DNA of 64,000 nucleotides from Podarcis liolepis (Eukaryota): the NCBI GenBank assembly GCA_965112155.1, contig OZ218101.1, one strand, 5' to 3'. Shown here piece by piece: positions 11,686-24,289 of this stretch. A model generated the notes under the pieces. The model ran no database searches. It worked only from the letters and a program-made list of their open reading frames with translations, and was not told the origin of the DNA. Positions within the stretch are counted from its first letter, which is position 1; the number at the start of each line of letters is the position of its first letter. Made by a program: the position numbers and the translations under genes.

Positions 11686-13213
11686 TGTTGCCTGGAAACA
11701 TTCCCACAGAGACTGATGGTTGTGAGTTATCTATCTGCAGCAGAGCATGGACTGGAGCAGAACACTTATGTACTGCCAGCAGCTTGCCATGTTTGCCCTT
11801 CTACTGGTGAAAGGCAGAATGCTACCTGGCCCACGTCTGATAGATAAAGGCTATGCTATAAAGTTAGTCCACCAAAAGAAACCCAGAAGGGGCACACGTC
11901 TTGGGCACAGCTCAAAACTGATTCTGTGGGGGGAGTCAACATACATCTTTGAGCTTTCCAAGGACTGCTTCACTTGTTAATGACATTTTGGTACTGAAGA
12001 AATTCACGGAGGAGCATTTTGTCAATGGCCTAATGGAACTTCTTTGTTCCACAGCAGCATATGCCAGTGACTAGAACTTTCATGCCTTGTTTTTCGGCTT
12101 CCTCGAAGCAAATGATTCGCCTCTTTTGGAAGTAGGCTGCCGGACTAGATGGACCTGATCCAGCAAAGGTGGTCATCTTCTGAAGTGTGGCGGCACTTCT
12201 GAGCCCAGTCTTCCAGTGGTGGTATAGAACGGAAGATTGACATGGAATCAGTCCCCCAACATTAGACCCAGAGGTCTGGTTGTATAGGACAGACACACAA
12301 GGACAGCTGTCTTTGGGGGGGGGTATATGCCATGGACACCACCTCCAGGTAGGTGGGCAGGTCTGTTAATCAGTTGGGAATATGATCCTCTACACCAGAC
12401 ATCACTTTGGGACCAAGTTAGGCCAGAGTTCTTATCTCAGTTTAATGGCTTCATCACAATCTGAACATCAACATATGCGTCTTACCTACGTGGGAACCAT
12501 ATTAACTGCAAGCTCTGCCACTGTTGAAGGCAAAGCAATCTTGGGCAAAAAAATGAAAAGGCCTTGGGCTAATTATGATTGCTTTTCCCTGTTAGATACT
12601 TCAGCCAGTTAACAGTCAGCCCAGTTGTGTAACAATAGCAAATGGAATGTTTCAAATGCTGGCATGTGAATGCATTACCATTTGCCAGAGCTTCTTCAAG
12701 AGCAGCTTTAGTGGACAGACATCTCATTCCAGTACAGCTGCAAAATCTAAACAAACCAAAGGCTGGGCTTCAGACATGCAAGATTGCAAAGACAGGAACT
12801 TGTAAATCATAGTTGTAATATTTCATCCCAAGTATTCTATGCATTTGCAGGGGAAGTGTCATGTGCATTTACAGGTTGAACATTGAAGGAGTACAGACAG
12901 CTCTGCTCTGTTCATGCTTCCTCGTGAACAGTGTATGCAGCAGAAGGAATGCAGGGCTCTGGATTTGTGCAAGTGTTCGTATGATTTACTGAGTTGTTGG
13001 CTTCATGTTGCCAGTGTGCTAAGTCTGAACTGGAAGATATGATGGCAAGGTAGGCATGTGAAGATAGCAGCACACAGCGAATGGTGTTACATGCATTAAT
13101 CTGGGGTTTTATTAGATTGGATTATTTCTCTTAACCCTTTATGCCATGCTTAGCCATCTGAGTGTTAGAAAGGGGAAGTTTCAACTTGCCATGTTGACTA
13201 AATTACCTTAGAG

Positions 13214-14621
13214 CAGTGTTTCCCAACCACTGTTCCGTGGCACACTAGTGTGCCGCGAGATGTTGCCTGGTGTGCCGCGGGAAAAATTAAAAAATTCGAA
13301 AGATTTTTTTTTAAAAGTCAAATTTTCGATTGGGGCGCCGTCACTAGATGACCCCTGGGGTTCCCTCCCTCTCTCCCGCTCTGCGCCTCCCTCCTCCTCC
13401 TCCTCCTTCGGGGAGGCCCTTCCTGGCTCTCGGCCAAGGCTTGGCGGCTGCCACTCACTCACTCGCTCGCCCACCCGTCCCTCCATCCCTGCACCCGGCC
13501 TCTCCCCCTCCGTCCCCGGCATGGGGGCTGCCGGGATCCGTAGTCCCCTCGCCCTTGGGCTCCGCGCCCGCGCGAACTACGTTTCCCAGCGTGGCCTGGC
13601 GGGCCGGGCGTTTTGTTTGAAGAGCTCTTCTCCCGGCCATGGAATGAGCGCAGCGGCGGCGGCCGGGCGGGCAGGGGCTCTTCCGCGCAGACCCCGCGCA
13701 GCCTGCCTGCGCCCCCGCGGAGATCGGGCGGCAGGATGGAGCCCGGGGATCCCCGCGGAGGCGGAGGCTGCCCCCCAGGTAGGGCTGCGTCGGGGGGTTT
13801 TAATTTTTGCAATGCTGCATCCGCGCCAGAGGGGACGCATCGGACCGCGGGGAGACCCCTTGGCGGACGTGCAAGGCAATGCATGCGTGCAGGCGTTGCA
13901 TGGAGTGCAGTGCAATGCAATGGCAACGCGGTGCCCTGCATGCATGCATGCAAATTCCACCGGCGCTCTGGACTTGGCAGGTGAGGGGGGTCCCCAGTGG
14001 GCGGCAGAGAGAGCCGGGAGGGCGAAGGGGAGCCGGGGGGGGGAGCAGCGCTGCTCCCCGAGCCGAGCCCGGGGGGAAACCTCGGTGTCGTTGTGCCGGG
14101 TGTTGGAAGCGGAGGCTGGCGGGGGCCCCTCACCTGCAAAACCTGGTCGCCTCTCATATATTTCGTGCATTGCATTCATCGCCCGCTTTCTCCTCCAAGG
14201 AGCTCCCGGGGGCGCGCGTGGTTCTCCCCGTGTTATCCTCGCAACAGCCCTGCGAGGTGGGTCAGACAAGTGGCCCAAGGGAGCACCCAGGGATTGTCCT
14301 GGCCAGGTGGGGTGATTTGAACTCTGCTCTCTGCCCGGTCTTCGTCCTCATTTAGCCCCCACATGTGCATGACTGTGCATGACTGAGGTTTTCCCCCCTC
14401 GTCTTGGCTATGGTGTGAGTCTGTGCTGTTAATTAATGGGGTTCTGCCTTCGGAGAAGATGAACCAGCCCTCAAGGAGGTGATTATGTAATTTGCTAGCA
14501 ATTCATGTCCCTCCCGGCGTGACGCTGCGCACTGACGTCACGGGGCTGTAATGGTGGTGTGCCTCGAGATTTTTTTCATGAAACAAGTGTGCCTTTGCCC
14601 AAAAAAGGTTGGGAAACACTG
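13214..14621. mobile_element. Non-autonomous hAT (Charlie-like) DNA transposon, 1408 bp, GC/CpG-rich interior
   Basis: 15-bp perfect TIR CAGTGTTTCCCAACC/GGTTGGGAAACACTG; 8-bp TSD CCTTAGAG (13206-13213 and 14622-14629); no transposase. Confidence 0.92.
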
Positions 14622-16046
14622 CCTTAGAGGGTACATGGAGCTTTCTGGATCTCACTTAACACTTTTCAAGTAAAATCTCAGGGTTACCATGGAAGTCCTC
14701 AGGATGTATTTATATTAATTGATCCATACAGTTAAAATTTTGGCATGCTAAATCAAAATCTGTTTAGCCCCGTGACATCTGTGTTGATTGGCATGATAAA
14801 GTAGACAAATCTTGGGGCACATACTTTAAACAACGTACTTTATCAATTCAGTCATCATAGACACCAGAAAAGCGGTGTAAATTACAGCCTTGATGAAACC
14901 AGAAGACTTGAATTGTTTATTAGAGAGCCAGTGGAATTCTATTGATGGTCTTGTTACAACTCAGTCCTAAATACTTGGGAAAGTATTCAATTATTTCCTA
15001 AGTATGCATTATTGAAAAACCTGCCTTAAAAGCACCACTCTGCATTTTTACTCTGCAATTATTGTACATATTGTACAATAGATGAGCTGAAAATTCTTAT
15101 GAAGCTAATACTTTACTTAGTTAATCTCACAGGGATATCATTTATTTGACTTTACAAAAATACATTTTTTTTATTTCTTTGTTTATAAATTCTGCAATGT
15201 GAAACTTTGGTCTGTTTCTTCCCAAACAAATCATGTCCTGGTTGTTGTTTTGTTCTAGTGCACTGTAATAAAATGGGTTTTCACACTGTTCAACACATTG
15301 GTGGAAACTTCAAGTTTTACTTATTTCAATGCAGATAACTCATTTTCTCTCATCCCACCCTTCACCTCCTATTCCCTCACTGACAAAAGTCGGATACTTC
15401 CACTGCTACCAGCAAAGGAAAAACAAATTGGAATTTTCCAGTTATAAACACTTGTGCCCTGCATGAAGCATTATCTTTCATTTCTTTAGAAGTTTCCTGA
15501 AGACTGATCTTTTAGTGCAGGATCTACCTGATGTATAAGATTGGACCTTGTACACAGTATTTTTGCATGGCATTTTAATTGTGTTTTTATCACATTGTTT
15601 CAGTGTTTGTATGTTTTATACTGTTGTACACTGCTTGGAGATCAAGCATGCACCTTCAATGTACTCTTTTTGGCGCCTACTCAAAACATTCTTGTTTAGA
15701 CAACCCTACTCAGTTCCTTAGAAAGTTGAGGTAACTTTACAATAAACAAAAAAAAAAAAAGTTGAGGTAACTTTAATCAGTTTTAGTATTTAAACTTTTG
15801 TATGTTTTGAAGTATGGCTGTGAATTTTTCTTGAACTTAATTGCTTTATCTTTTTGCAAGCTGCTTTGAGGCTTTTTACAATCGTGCTGTGTAAATTTTA
15901 TTAAATAAATGAATACATATTTTTTGAAAATGTTTTTAAACCAATGTAAGCTCCATTTTCCTTTGAACAAAGAGCCAGTTCCTAGATGATTAAATTTTAT
16001 TATCCATCCTCCTACAGATGGTCTCAGGGTGGAATCCAACATTATA

Positions 16047-16288
16047 CAGTGGTACCTCGGGTTAAGTACTTAATTCGTTCCGGAGGTCCGTTCTTAACCT
16101 GAAACTGTTCTTAACCTGAAGCACCACTTTAGCTAATGGGGCCTCCTGCTGCCGCTGCGCCACCGGAGCATGATTTCTGTTCTCCTCCTGAAGCAAAGTT
16201 CTTAACCCGAGGTAGTATTTCTGGGTTATCGGAGTCCGTAACCTGAAGCGTATGTAACCTGAAGCGTATGTAACCCGAGGTACCACTG
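16047..16288. mobile_element. Tc1/mariner MITE family A
   Basis: TA TSD; TIR CAGTGGTACCTCGGGTTA; extra 16-bp internal repeat CCTGAAGCGTATGTAA. Confidence 0.9.
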
Positions 16289-17999
16289 TATAGCAATATA
16301 AAATGCAGCATTAAAAACAGACTTAAAACACTACAATCACAACTAGCACAAGTTATGCAGGGTTTTGGATTTGCAGTTCCTCTGTGTTCAATTCTCCTAC
16401 CCCCGGTTCATTAAAAACCCATCAAATGTTTAAATGAATTACGCCTGGCAACCACCTCCACCCAGTTGCAGTCTGTGCCATGGGTTACAACAGTGAAAAC
16501 ACAATCTTTAAAAAGCAGTTTAGAACAACTTAAAATTGCAGAAATAGGATGGGTCCTAAAAAACAATAACTATAAAATGTCAAACTATAGAAGTCCTGCT
16601 TTTGCCCCCCAGGCAAACCAAGTGGCTGTATCAGGAGTGGGGAATTATTTTCCGCCTGAGGGCTTGTGGCAGTTGCATGTCTGTGGTGGGCTGTGCTAGA
16701 GGCCAGAATAGATGGAGCAAATGGGTGTGTCTTATTGCTCCATACAGCCAGCAGGCAGGAGGTTTCTACACACATATACCCTGACTCACTCCATATTTTT
16801 TCATTCAGCAAATGAAGGGGCCTGACCACAGTTCAAAGACACATTCCAAGAGAGCATGAGCAAGCCAGATAGAGGTTGCGGCCATGGAAGAGAGTCCCCA
16901 GAGCTTGTCAGAGAGGACTAGAGGGTTCACGGACAGAAAGTTTGATATTCCTGAGTTACTTGCATACCATGGTAAGTTGCATTTTAACCAACGATCATCT
17001 GTATTCCCTTGATTTTATATTCTAATTCAGTCAACCACTTCTTTTACCCTCGGTGGTCAGAGATTCACTGGACTTCAGGTATAGGAGGAGATTTTATAGC
17101 CACTTGCTCAGTTTATTTCCTAGTTAAATGACAAAGAACTATTCACATTTTGGATCTTTAAGTCAATGATCTCAGAACATCCACCCCCACCCCAATATCC
17201 CCTCAAATTCTAGGTTTATGGGCTTCCCATAGACATTTGGATCTCCACTTTGGGAATAGAATGAACCTTGGGCCTGATGTTGTGATCTTACCAGTATAGT
17301 TAAGGAAAGGTTTCTCAAAAGTGTTTATTTTGATATTATGTATCTCAAACTCTTTAAACACATTTCAGCTCCATTACTCTTAGGTGTCTGATGAATGCTA
17401 AACCTGGTACCAACCATTAGGTTTATAAACATTGGTGAACAAAGCAATATTAAGAAAGAGGAGGCCCTGTCCATATTTCCTTAACACATATATGGTACAT
17501 TTGCATATGCTGTTGACTGGGCTGAAAAATTGTACTTAAAACTTTTTAGGCAGATCAGAAAGGGGCTGGTTTTATTTTCAAACAGTAGTCTCTTTTACAA
17601 TCACCACTTGTCCTGTTTTCTTCATAGTTCATGTAAAGTTTAATGTTGAATTCAACTAAATTTGAAGGCAAGTTCACGCAATCCACTGAAGTTGCCATAC
17701 TTGAGGTTTTCTAAATGTCAGTTCTTTCATCATGTGCTAATGAGTCTGCTCTCATTATTGCACATTTGTTTCACTCATGTCCAAGCCCACTTCTTCTTTT
17801 GTAGGTGACATGCTGACACAAGCAAAATAAGTACATTACATGATGGTTTCACACACAAATGCCAAGCTGTTGGTCCATTGCTTATCAGGTTTGCCCATTG
17901 ATTCAGGCTATCACTTGCCTGAAACGTAATCTAGCATACACAGCAGATTCTTGAAACTAAAGTACACATCAATAACATGAGCAATGTGGATGTTGATTA

Positions 18000-18754
18000 C
18001 CGTATTTTTCGCCCCATAAGACGCACCGGCCCATAAGACGCACCTAGATTTTGGGGGGGGAAATAAAGGAAAAAAATTTTATTTCCCCCCAGGTGCGCTG
18101 CGCTACACCAGGAGCTTGGGGCGTGCGGAGCTCAGCGCGCCCCAAGCTTCTGCGTGCAGGCAAGGTCTCCGCTAGCGTGGGAGAGCCGGGCGCCTCTCCC
18201 AGGGCTAGCGGACTCCTGCGCTAATCCAGAAGCTTGGGGCAAGCTGAGGTCAGCGCGCCCCAAGCTTCTGCGTGCCGGCAAGCAGTCCGCTAGCCCTGGG
18301 AGAGCCGCGGGGCTCTCCCAGGGCTAGCGGATCGCTGCGCTATACCAGGAGCTTGGGGCGTGCTGAGCTCAGCGCGCCCCAAGCTTCTAGGTGCGCGCAA
18401 GCAGTCCGCTGCCGCCCCAAGCCTGGCGCACCCGGCAGGAGGTCCCACCGGGTGCGCGAGGCTTGGGGCGGCAGCGGACTGCTTGCGCGCACCTAGAAGC
18501 TAGCAGTCCGCTGCCGCCCCAAGCCTGGCGCACCCGGCAGGAGGTCCCACCGGGTGCGCCAGGCTTGGGGCGGCAGCGGACTGCTAGCTTTTAGGTGCGC
18601 GCAAGCAGTCCGCTGCCGCCCCAAGCCTCGCGCACCCGGTGGGACCTCCTGCCGAGCGCGCGAGGCTTGCAGGCATTCGCCCCATAAGACGCACCCCGAT
18701 TTCCTCTTCATTTTTGGAGAGGAAAAAGTGCGTCTTATGGGGCGAAAAATACGG
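18000..18754. mobile_element. Non-autonomous Tc1/mariner (pogo/Tigger-like) element with hairpin-rich GC interior
   Basis: TA TSD; perfect 27-bp TIR CCGTATTTTTCGCCCCATAAGACGCAC. Confidence 0.9.
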
Positions 18755-19736
18755 TATAACAGAGTGCAATTATGAGAGTCATTGTAGTCTTTGATAAACA
18801 CCCTTGGAATGTTTTGTGAATAGTTGCTTCCCATTTTTCTTTCTTGATACTTCTTCATCAAGCCTTAGCCAGTATGACTTTGCATATTATGCTTCACTTT
18901 GGAAATGTTTAGAGAAGAGAAGCTATAGTGAGGAATGAATGCTAGAAGTACTAGGTGGATTTTGCACTGGCAGTGCAATTGCCTGTCCTCATGCAGTGGA
19001 TAAGGGGCATAGGTAAGCTTGCTGCAAGAAGGACAGGCTGTTAATGTTCTACCCCCTCTCTTTTAAAAACCGATCAGGATTGCACCTATGTACAAGAGGC
19101 AGGGATCACATAGCTCTGTTCCACTAGTCCTAGTTCTCATTTTCATAATATATATTTAAAGGTAGTGTGTTCTTGAATACATGCCTGTAACCACTGGATG
19201 AGGATGGATCAACCTGACTTAGTCCAGAGTTTAGAGGGGCCTGCTGAAAATTGGCAAACTCTTACAATGTGTTACTGTGTCAGACAGGCACTCGTAGTTT
19301 GGCCTGGCTTGGCTTGCACTGCATGTGAGTTCATAATTTCTTCAGATAGCAGTCTAAGAGGAGATGGTTTGCCTCAATCTGGGAACTGTGTGAAACAAAG
19401 GTTCATACCTGAGAGCTAAAAATTTATCACATGGAGTGCAGTACTGAAAGATGTTCATCAAGTTTCCATTTACCCTCCTAGGAAAGTCCCACCATGTTTC
19501 CCTACTCCTACTCTTTTGGCCCTGGTCTAAGAAGATATGAAACTATATTGTGCTATGACTGATCCTCTTTTCTAAAACTGACAGTGTGTTGAGAAAATTT
19601 GAAGTTGTTGCAAACTTTGGTTTCTGGAGGGTTAGCCATGTTAGTTTGTTATACTGAAAGCAACAGAGTCTCTTGGCACCTTAAAGACTAACAAATCTAC
19701 TGTGGCACAACCTTTCATGTGAAACCTAATCAAATA

Positions 19737-19945
19737 CAGGTTACAGACACTTCAGGTTACAGACTCTGCTAACCCAGAAATAGTACCTCGGGTTAAGAAC
19801 TTTGCTTCAGGATGAGAACAGAAATCGGGCAGCAGTGGCGCCAGCGGGAGGCCCCATTAGCTAAAGTGGTGCTTCAGGTTAAGAACAGTTTCAGGTTAAG
19901 TACGGACCTCTGGAACGAATTAAGTTCTTAACTCGAGGTACCACT
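19737..19945. mobile_element. Tc1/mariner MITE family A, inverted and missing one end
   Basis: Reverse complement of the 7546 and 16047 copies; ends GAGGTACCACT. Confidence 0.8.
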
Positions 19946-21773
19946 ATGCACAAAAAAAGTTAAATTCTGTCTTCTGCAGAATAATTTGCTATCAAATTTC
20001 TTAAATGCTAAAGTTAATAAATGAATGGGGCATTTCTTCCCTATTCTTTTAAAGAAAGATACCATACCATTTGAGGTAGATGGTCTTATTTTTATGCAAA
20101 AGGGGAATCTTTGCAATAATGAGAAGGAAACTCCGAGGGGGAAGCAAAGGGTATTTGGAGTGGGGGGCCGAGAGAGGAACTGGTTTTACTCCCACCAGCG
20201 TAAATGATACTAAGGAAACGGAATTTGATTTCCCTTTGTAAAAGGGAACTATCATATTTCCTCAGCAGAGAGGATATCTGAGTTAAAAAAATTAGGTCAT
20301 GAGATTCCAGGAGTAACCTATTATTAGCACATACATTTAACAAAAATGTTCTGAAAATTCCACTTGCAAGTTGCAACTTGGGGAGTCCTGGTGGTGCACC
20401 AGATGATATCCTTCATAGTTTAGAGTACCAGAAGCGTTTTCAATATAAAGACATTTTACAGCCCCCTCACCATCTTTTTTGCACAGACCCTAAATGGTTG
20501 ATGGGTTGTAAAGTGTACAATCAAGCGTGCAGCTTCAGTTATTTGCAGGTACTAGTGGGCATCATTTTACCTGCCATATTTCTTAGGGGCCATAACTTTC
20601 CCACAGGTCCTAATGAGGAAACATCTTTAGTATTAGTATTTAACAGTACAACTTGCCCTTACAGCTATGCTCCCATGCACTGACTTTACAATATTTTAGC
20701 TGTTATGGGGAGATATTTGTGTTTAGTAGTGTAGTGTTCTGTGCACTTAACCTGAGAGAAAAAAATAACAGATTGAACATAGTGGGACTAATTTCCAAAT
20801 AAGCATGCAGAGGAGTACACTGCTATTACCATAATGCAAGGATGGGGAGAACCTACTGTTTTTCAGATATTGTTAGACTCCCATCAGCCCCAGCCCCAAA
20901 AGGCCAATGATGGGAGTCCAGCTTCATCTGGAAGGTCTCAACTCAGCCAACCCTGCAGTAACAGGGTTACATATTTAGCAATGATCTTTAAAGTTAGATC
21001 TAAAGTTGCCCAATTTATTCAATGGTGACTAGCTAGTCTTTTATGTATTGTATGTGTATGGATTATTAATGTATTTGGATGACTGTATGATTTTATTGTT
21101 TAAGCTTATGCCAATAAAAGCTAATAACAATAGCAACATAAAACTCTTGATTCGTTAAGAAGCCCTATAGTATTTTTGGCTTTTTGCCAATTCTAATCTA
21201 CAGTGTTATTAGGTAGGAGTAGACTCTATTGTCATGTGGTTTGAGCTAATCACTATGTGCTTTCAAAAATTAAGCAATTGTTGAAAATGAATTACAGTAA
21301 GAAAAGGGCTTTGGCTTAGCCCACCACCACCATGTAGAACCTCGGTGACATAAGCTACTTACTTGACTATGTCCAGATAATATGGAATAAGATACATTTG
21401 ACTACTTACTTGTGGTGACAGGTTGTCAAGACTCTTAAACAACATCTTCGCAGAGGCTACTTGACAGTGCATCCCAACAGGGCAGAGTAACCTAATTTCT
21501 GAGTAAGTAAGCACCAACCTTTGGTTTTGACTTTGTAGCTAAATATACTGTGAGTTTGGCGCAGTGGTGATTGCAGAAGAATTTTGAGTACATTTTGCTG
21601 CGGATGGTTTGGTTCATGAGAGCTTCAGTCACTGGTTTGCACACAGCCTTCAGACTCTCCAGGTACCTTCCCGATACCAAACTTTAATAATTTCAGGGCA
21701 CTTACCACACACCCAGTCATGTTATGTTACACTGAATGAGACCATGCCTATATCTGATTTCTCAAGGGATATA

Positions 21774-22024
21774 CAGTGGAACCTTGGTTCCTGAACTTAA
21801 TCCATTCCGAGAGTCTGTTCGATTCCCGAAACAGTTCGGGAACTAAGGAGTGGCTTCTGATTGGCTGCAGCAGCTTCCTGCAGCCAATCAGAAGCCGCGG
21901 AAGCAGTGCTGGGCGTTCAGCTTCCAAAGAACGTTCAAAAACCGGAACAACTGCTTCTGGTTTTTGTTCATCCAGGAGCTGGAACATTCGGCTCCCAAGG
22001 CGTTTGGTTGCTGAGGTTCCACTG
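21774..22024. mobile_element. Tc1/mariner MITE family B, opposite orientation
   Basis: TA|CAGTGGAACC ... GGTTCCACTG|TA; internal palindrome around CTGCAGCCAATC. Confidence 0.85.
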
Positions 22025-24289
22025 TAACTGGTTTGAGGAAAGAGAAATTGACCCCAGCAAGTTACATTTTTAAAAAATAAGAAAAGCTGTGTAAGCTGCT
22101 CAGCATCAGTGAGAATCATATATAACCAGAGTTGATTGCATTCATGTTCTTAAGATTCACAGAACCAGAGGAAGCTATTTATCCATCTAGCCCAGTATTG
22201 CCTGTTCTGACTGGCAACAGTTGCTCTAGGGTCTTAGGTTTTCCCCATCACCTGCTACCTGAGCCTTTTAAGTGGAAATGCCATGGGTGGAACTTTTCTG
22301 CCTAAGTAGCACATTGTACATGTATGTAATGGTGACTGAAAAGCCCGTTCTAACTAGGTCATGATGTAGCTGCTGCTGCAGCCACCAACTATTTTCTAAG
22401 ATGCATCATGTACGTGTATGTAAAAGGAGTTTAAACACGATATTCTACTTTGGAGATACTGGTCTCCTTGATTTGGACTCTGTCCATATATACAGTGGCA
22501 CAATGTGCAAGGTCTACCTGTTTACCAGCCAGTATCTGACTTTAAAGCATGGAAATCCCCAGAAAATTCCCTTAAGCCAGATTGTCAAAAGTTCCTCCAT
22601 GCAATGCACATGGGCAAGTCCCATTCTGTAAAAAATTCCTTTCCAGACAAATTATAATCTCGTATATGGGAACAGTGCCAAGTTGTGGCATTGGCAGCTG
22701 AACTAGTGAAGAGTTTATCCACATAAAACCAATAAATTGCTGTGTCTTGAGTGCTTTCACTTGATTGTGGATATTTCAGAAGTACAGGATCAGGTGCCAC
22801 AGTGCAGGAAATTCCTCTATGCAGTGGGACTCTAGAAATCCATCCCTAGTCTAATAAGTATCATTTTCTTAGAATGGAGCTATTTGCACCATCTTGTGGA
22901 TGTAATTATCCACAACAAACCTGTTAAGTGTGGACCTTGTTCATGTCTACCATATGCACATGACACACAACCTCGGTGGGCAACACTCCCTAGATACATG
23001 AAGGAACAGAGATGTTGCCCACACATATGTTTAATACGGAAGTGGGGGAATACAGTATACAAACGTAGAGCACATTTATGCAACAATGCGTGGAACTGCT
23101 TTGACGAGTGCTTGAACTGGATATTAACAAAGGAAAGTGAGCTCACTATTTCCTGTGACATGTTTAACTATTACCTAACAGACACAGCAACAAATATTGC
23201 TTACTTCTTCTGTAGAGGAAAGATGCTGATTTGTTGAAAACACATAAAACCTGGGAGTCCTTTCCCAGCAGAGCTGCTGCTATCTTGAAATGACAGCTGG
23301 AACCTCTCCCAAATAGGAGGCTGGGACTTAACTTACTCATGAGTAAGGATAATGACCTGCCACAGAAAATAACAGGGTGGAATGCTTATTTAATTGTGGT
23401 CAGGGCAGCATGTTTGAAATGGGAATATTAATCGTTAATGGAACTTTATGATCAGCAAACTGATCCCAGTAGTTGCTGAACTTGTGGGTGGAAATACAAG
23501 AAAGCTAAACAAATCAGAGAAATTTAAAACCATGATGTGACTGAAATCAGCTGGAAAAAGTTTCCTTCAAGGAGGAAAAAAAAAAGTGAGATGTTGGTTA
23601 TGGCAGGGTAAAAACAAAATGTACAATAGGAGTCATCTTCTGTTTCCACAATAATCAGTCCAATTAATCATGAGACAAGATAGTTGGCTGTCAAATTATG
23701 ATTTAAAGCTAACGTACTTGTTAACTTCAGCTAGCCCTGATAAAATAAACCATGGATTCATTCCAACAAAATTGTGAGGACATTTATTTCCTTTATTTAT
23801 TTTATATTATATAACTTAAAACAAATCCTTTTTATTTTGTGGTTTCTTTAGTAGTCTTCTCCCCCAGTTTCAGAATTCTTGATTACATGCTCTCAATGTC
23901 CAGGTATACATTTTCAGAAGGTAGGAATTTATTTGGAAACATATTTTATGCAATTAGAATAGTCTCTGAAAAGGCTTGATAAGCGATTGGAAAGATTTGG
24001 AGAGGTTATGATGTAATTGCTTTTATTATTCCATTATCAATTCAGATTTGTTAAACAGTGACCATCTCCAGAATTAGTTGTCAGATACACTGTATGACGA
24101 TGTGAAGACTGTTGCTGAAATACGGAGGGGATGCATGATTCAACCGGCCTGAGCTGCTTCAGTGCTGAAAATTACACACGCCATTCCAATACAATCGTAA
24201 GCATTCTTAGAGGCAACTCCTGTGCTAGGTCGGCGTTATAAGGACCATATTTCCTAAAGTTATTGTCACTGATATTATGGGTATCCACT

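Noticed and set aside
13248-14355. Long overlapping ORFs (up to 355 aa) in the hAT element
   Set aside because: Open in several frames on both strands because GC-rich DNA lacks stops; no transposase or other domain motifs.
15800-23700. Possible hidden gene between ICOSLG and GATD3
   Set aside because: Only short ORFs and repeat relics; no coherent exon chain found.
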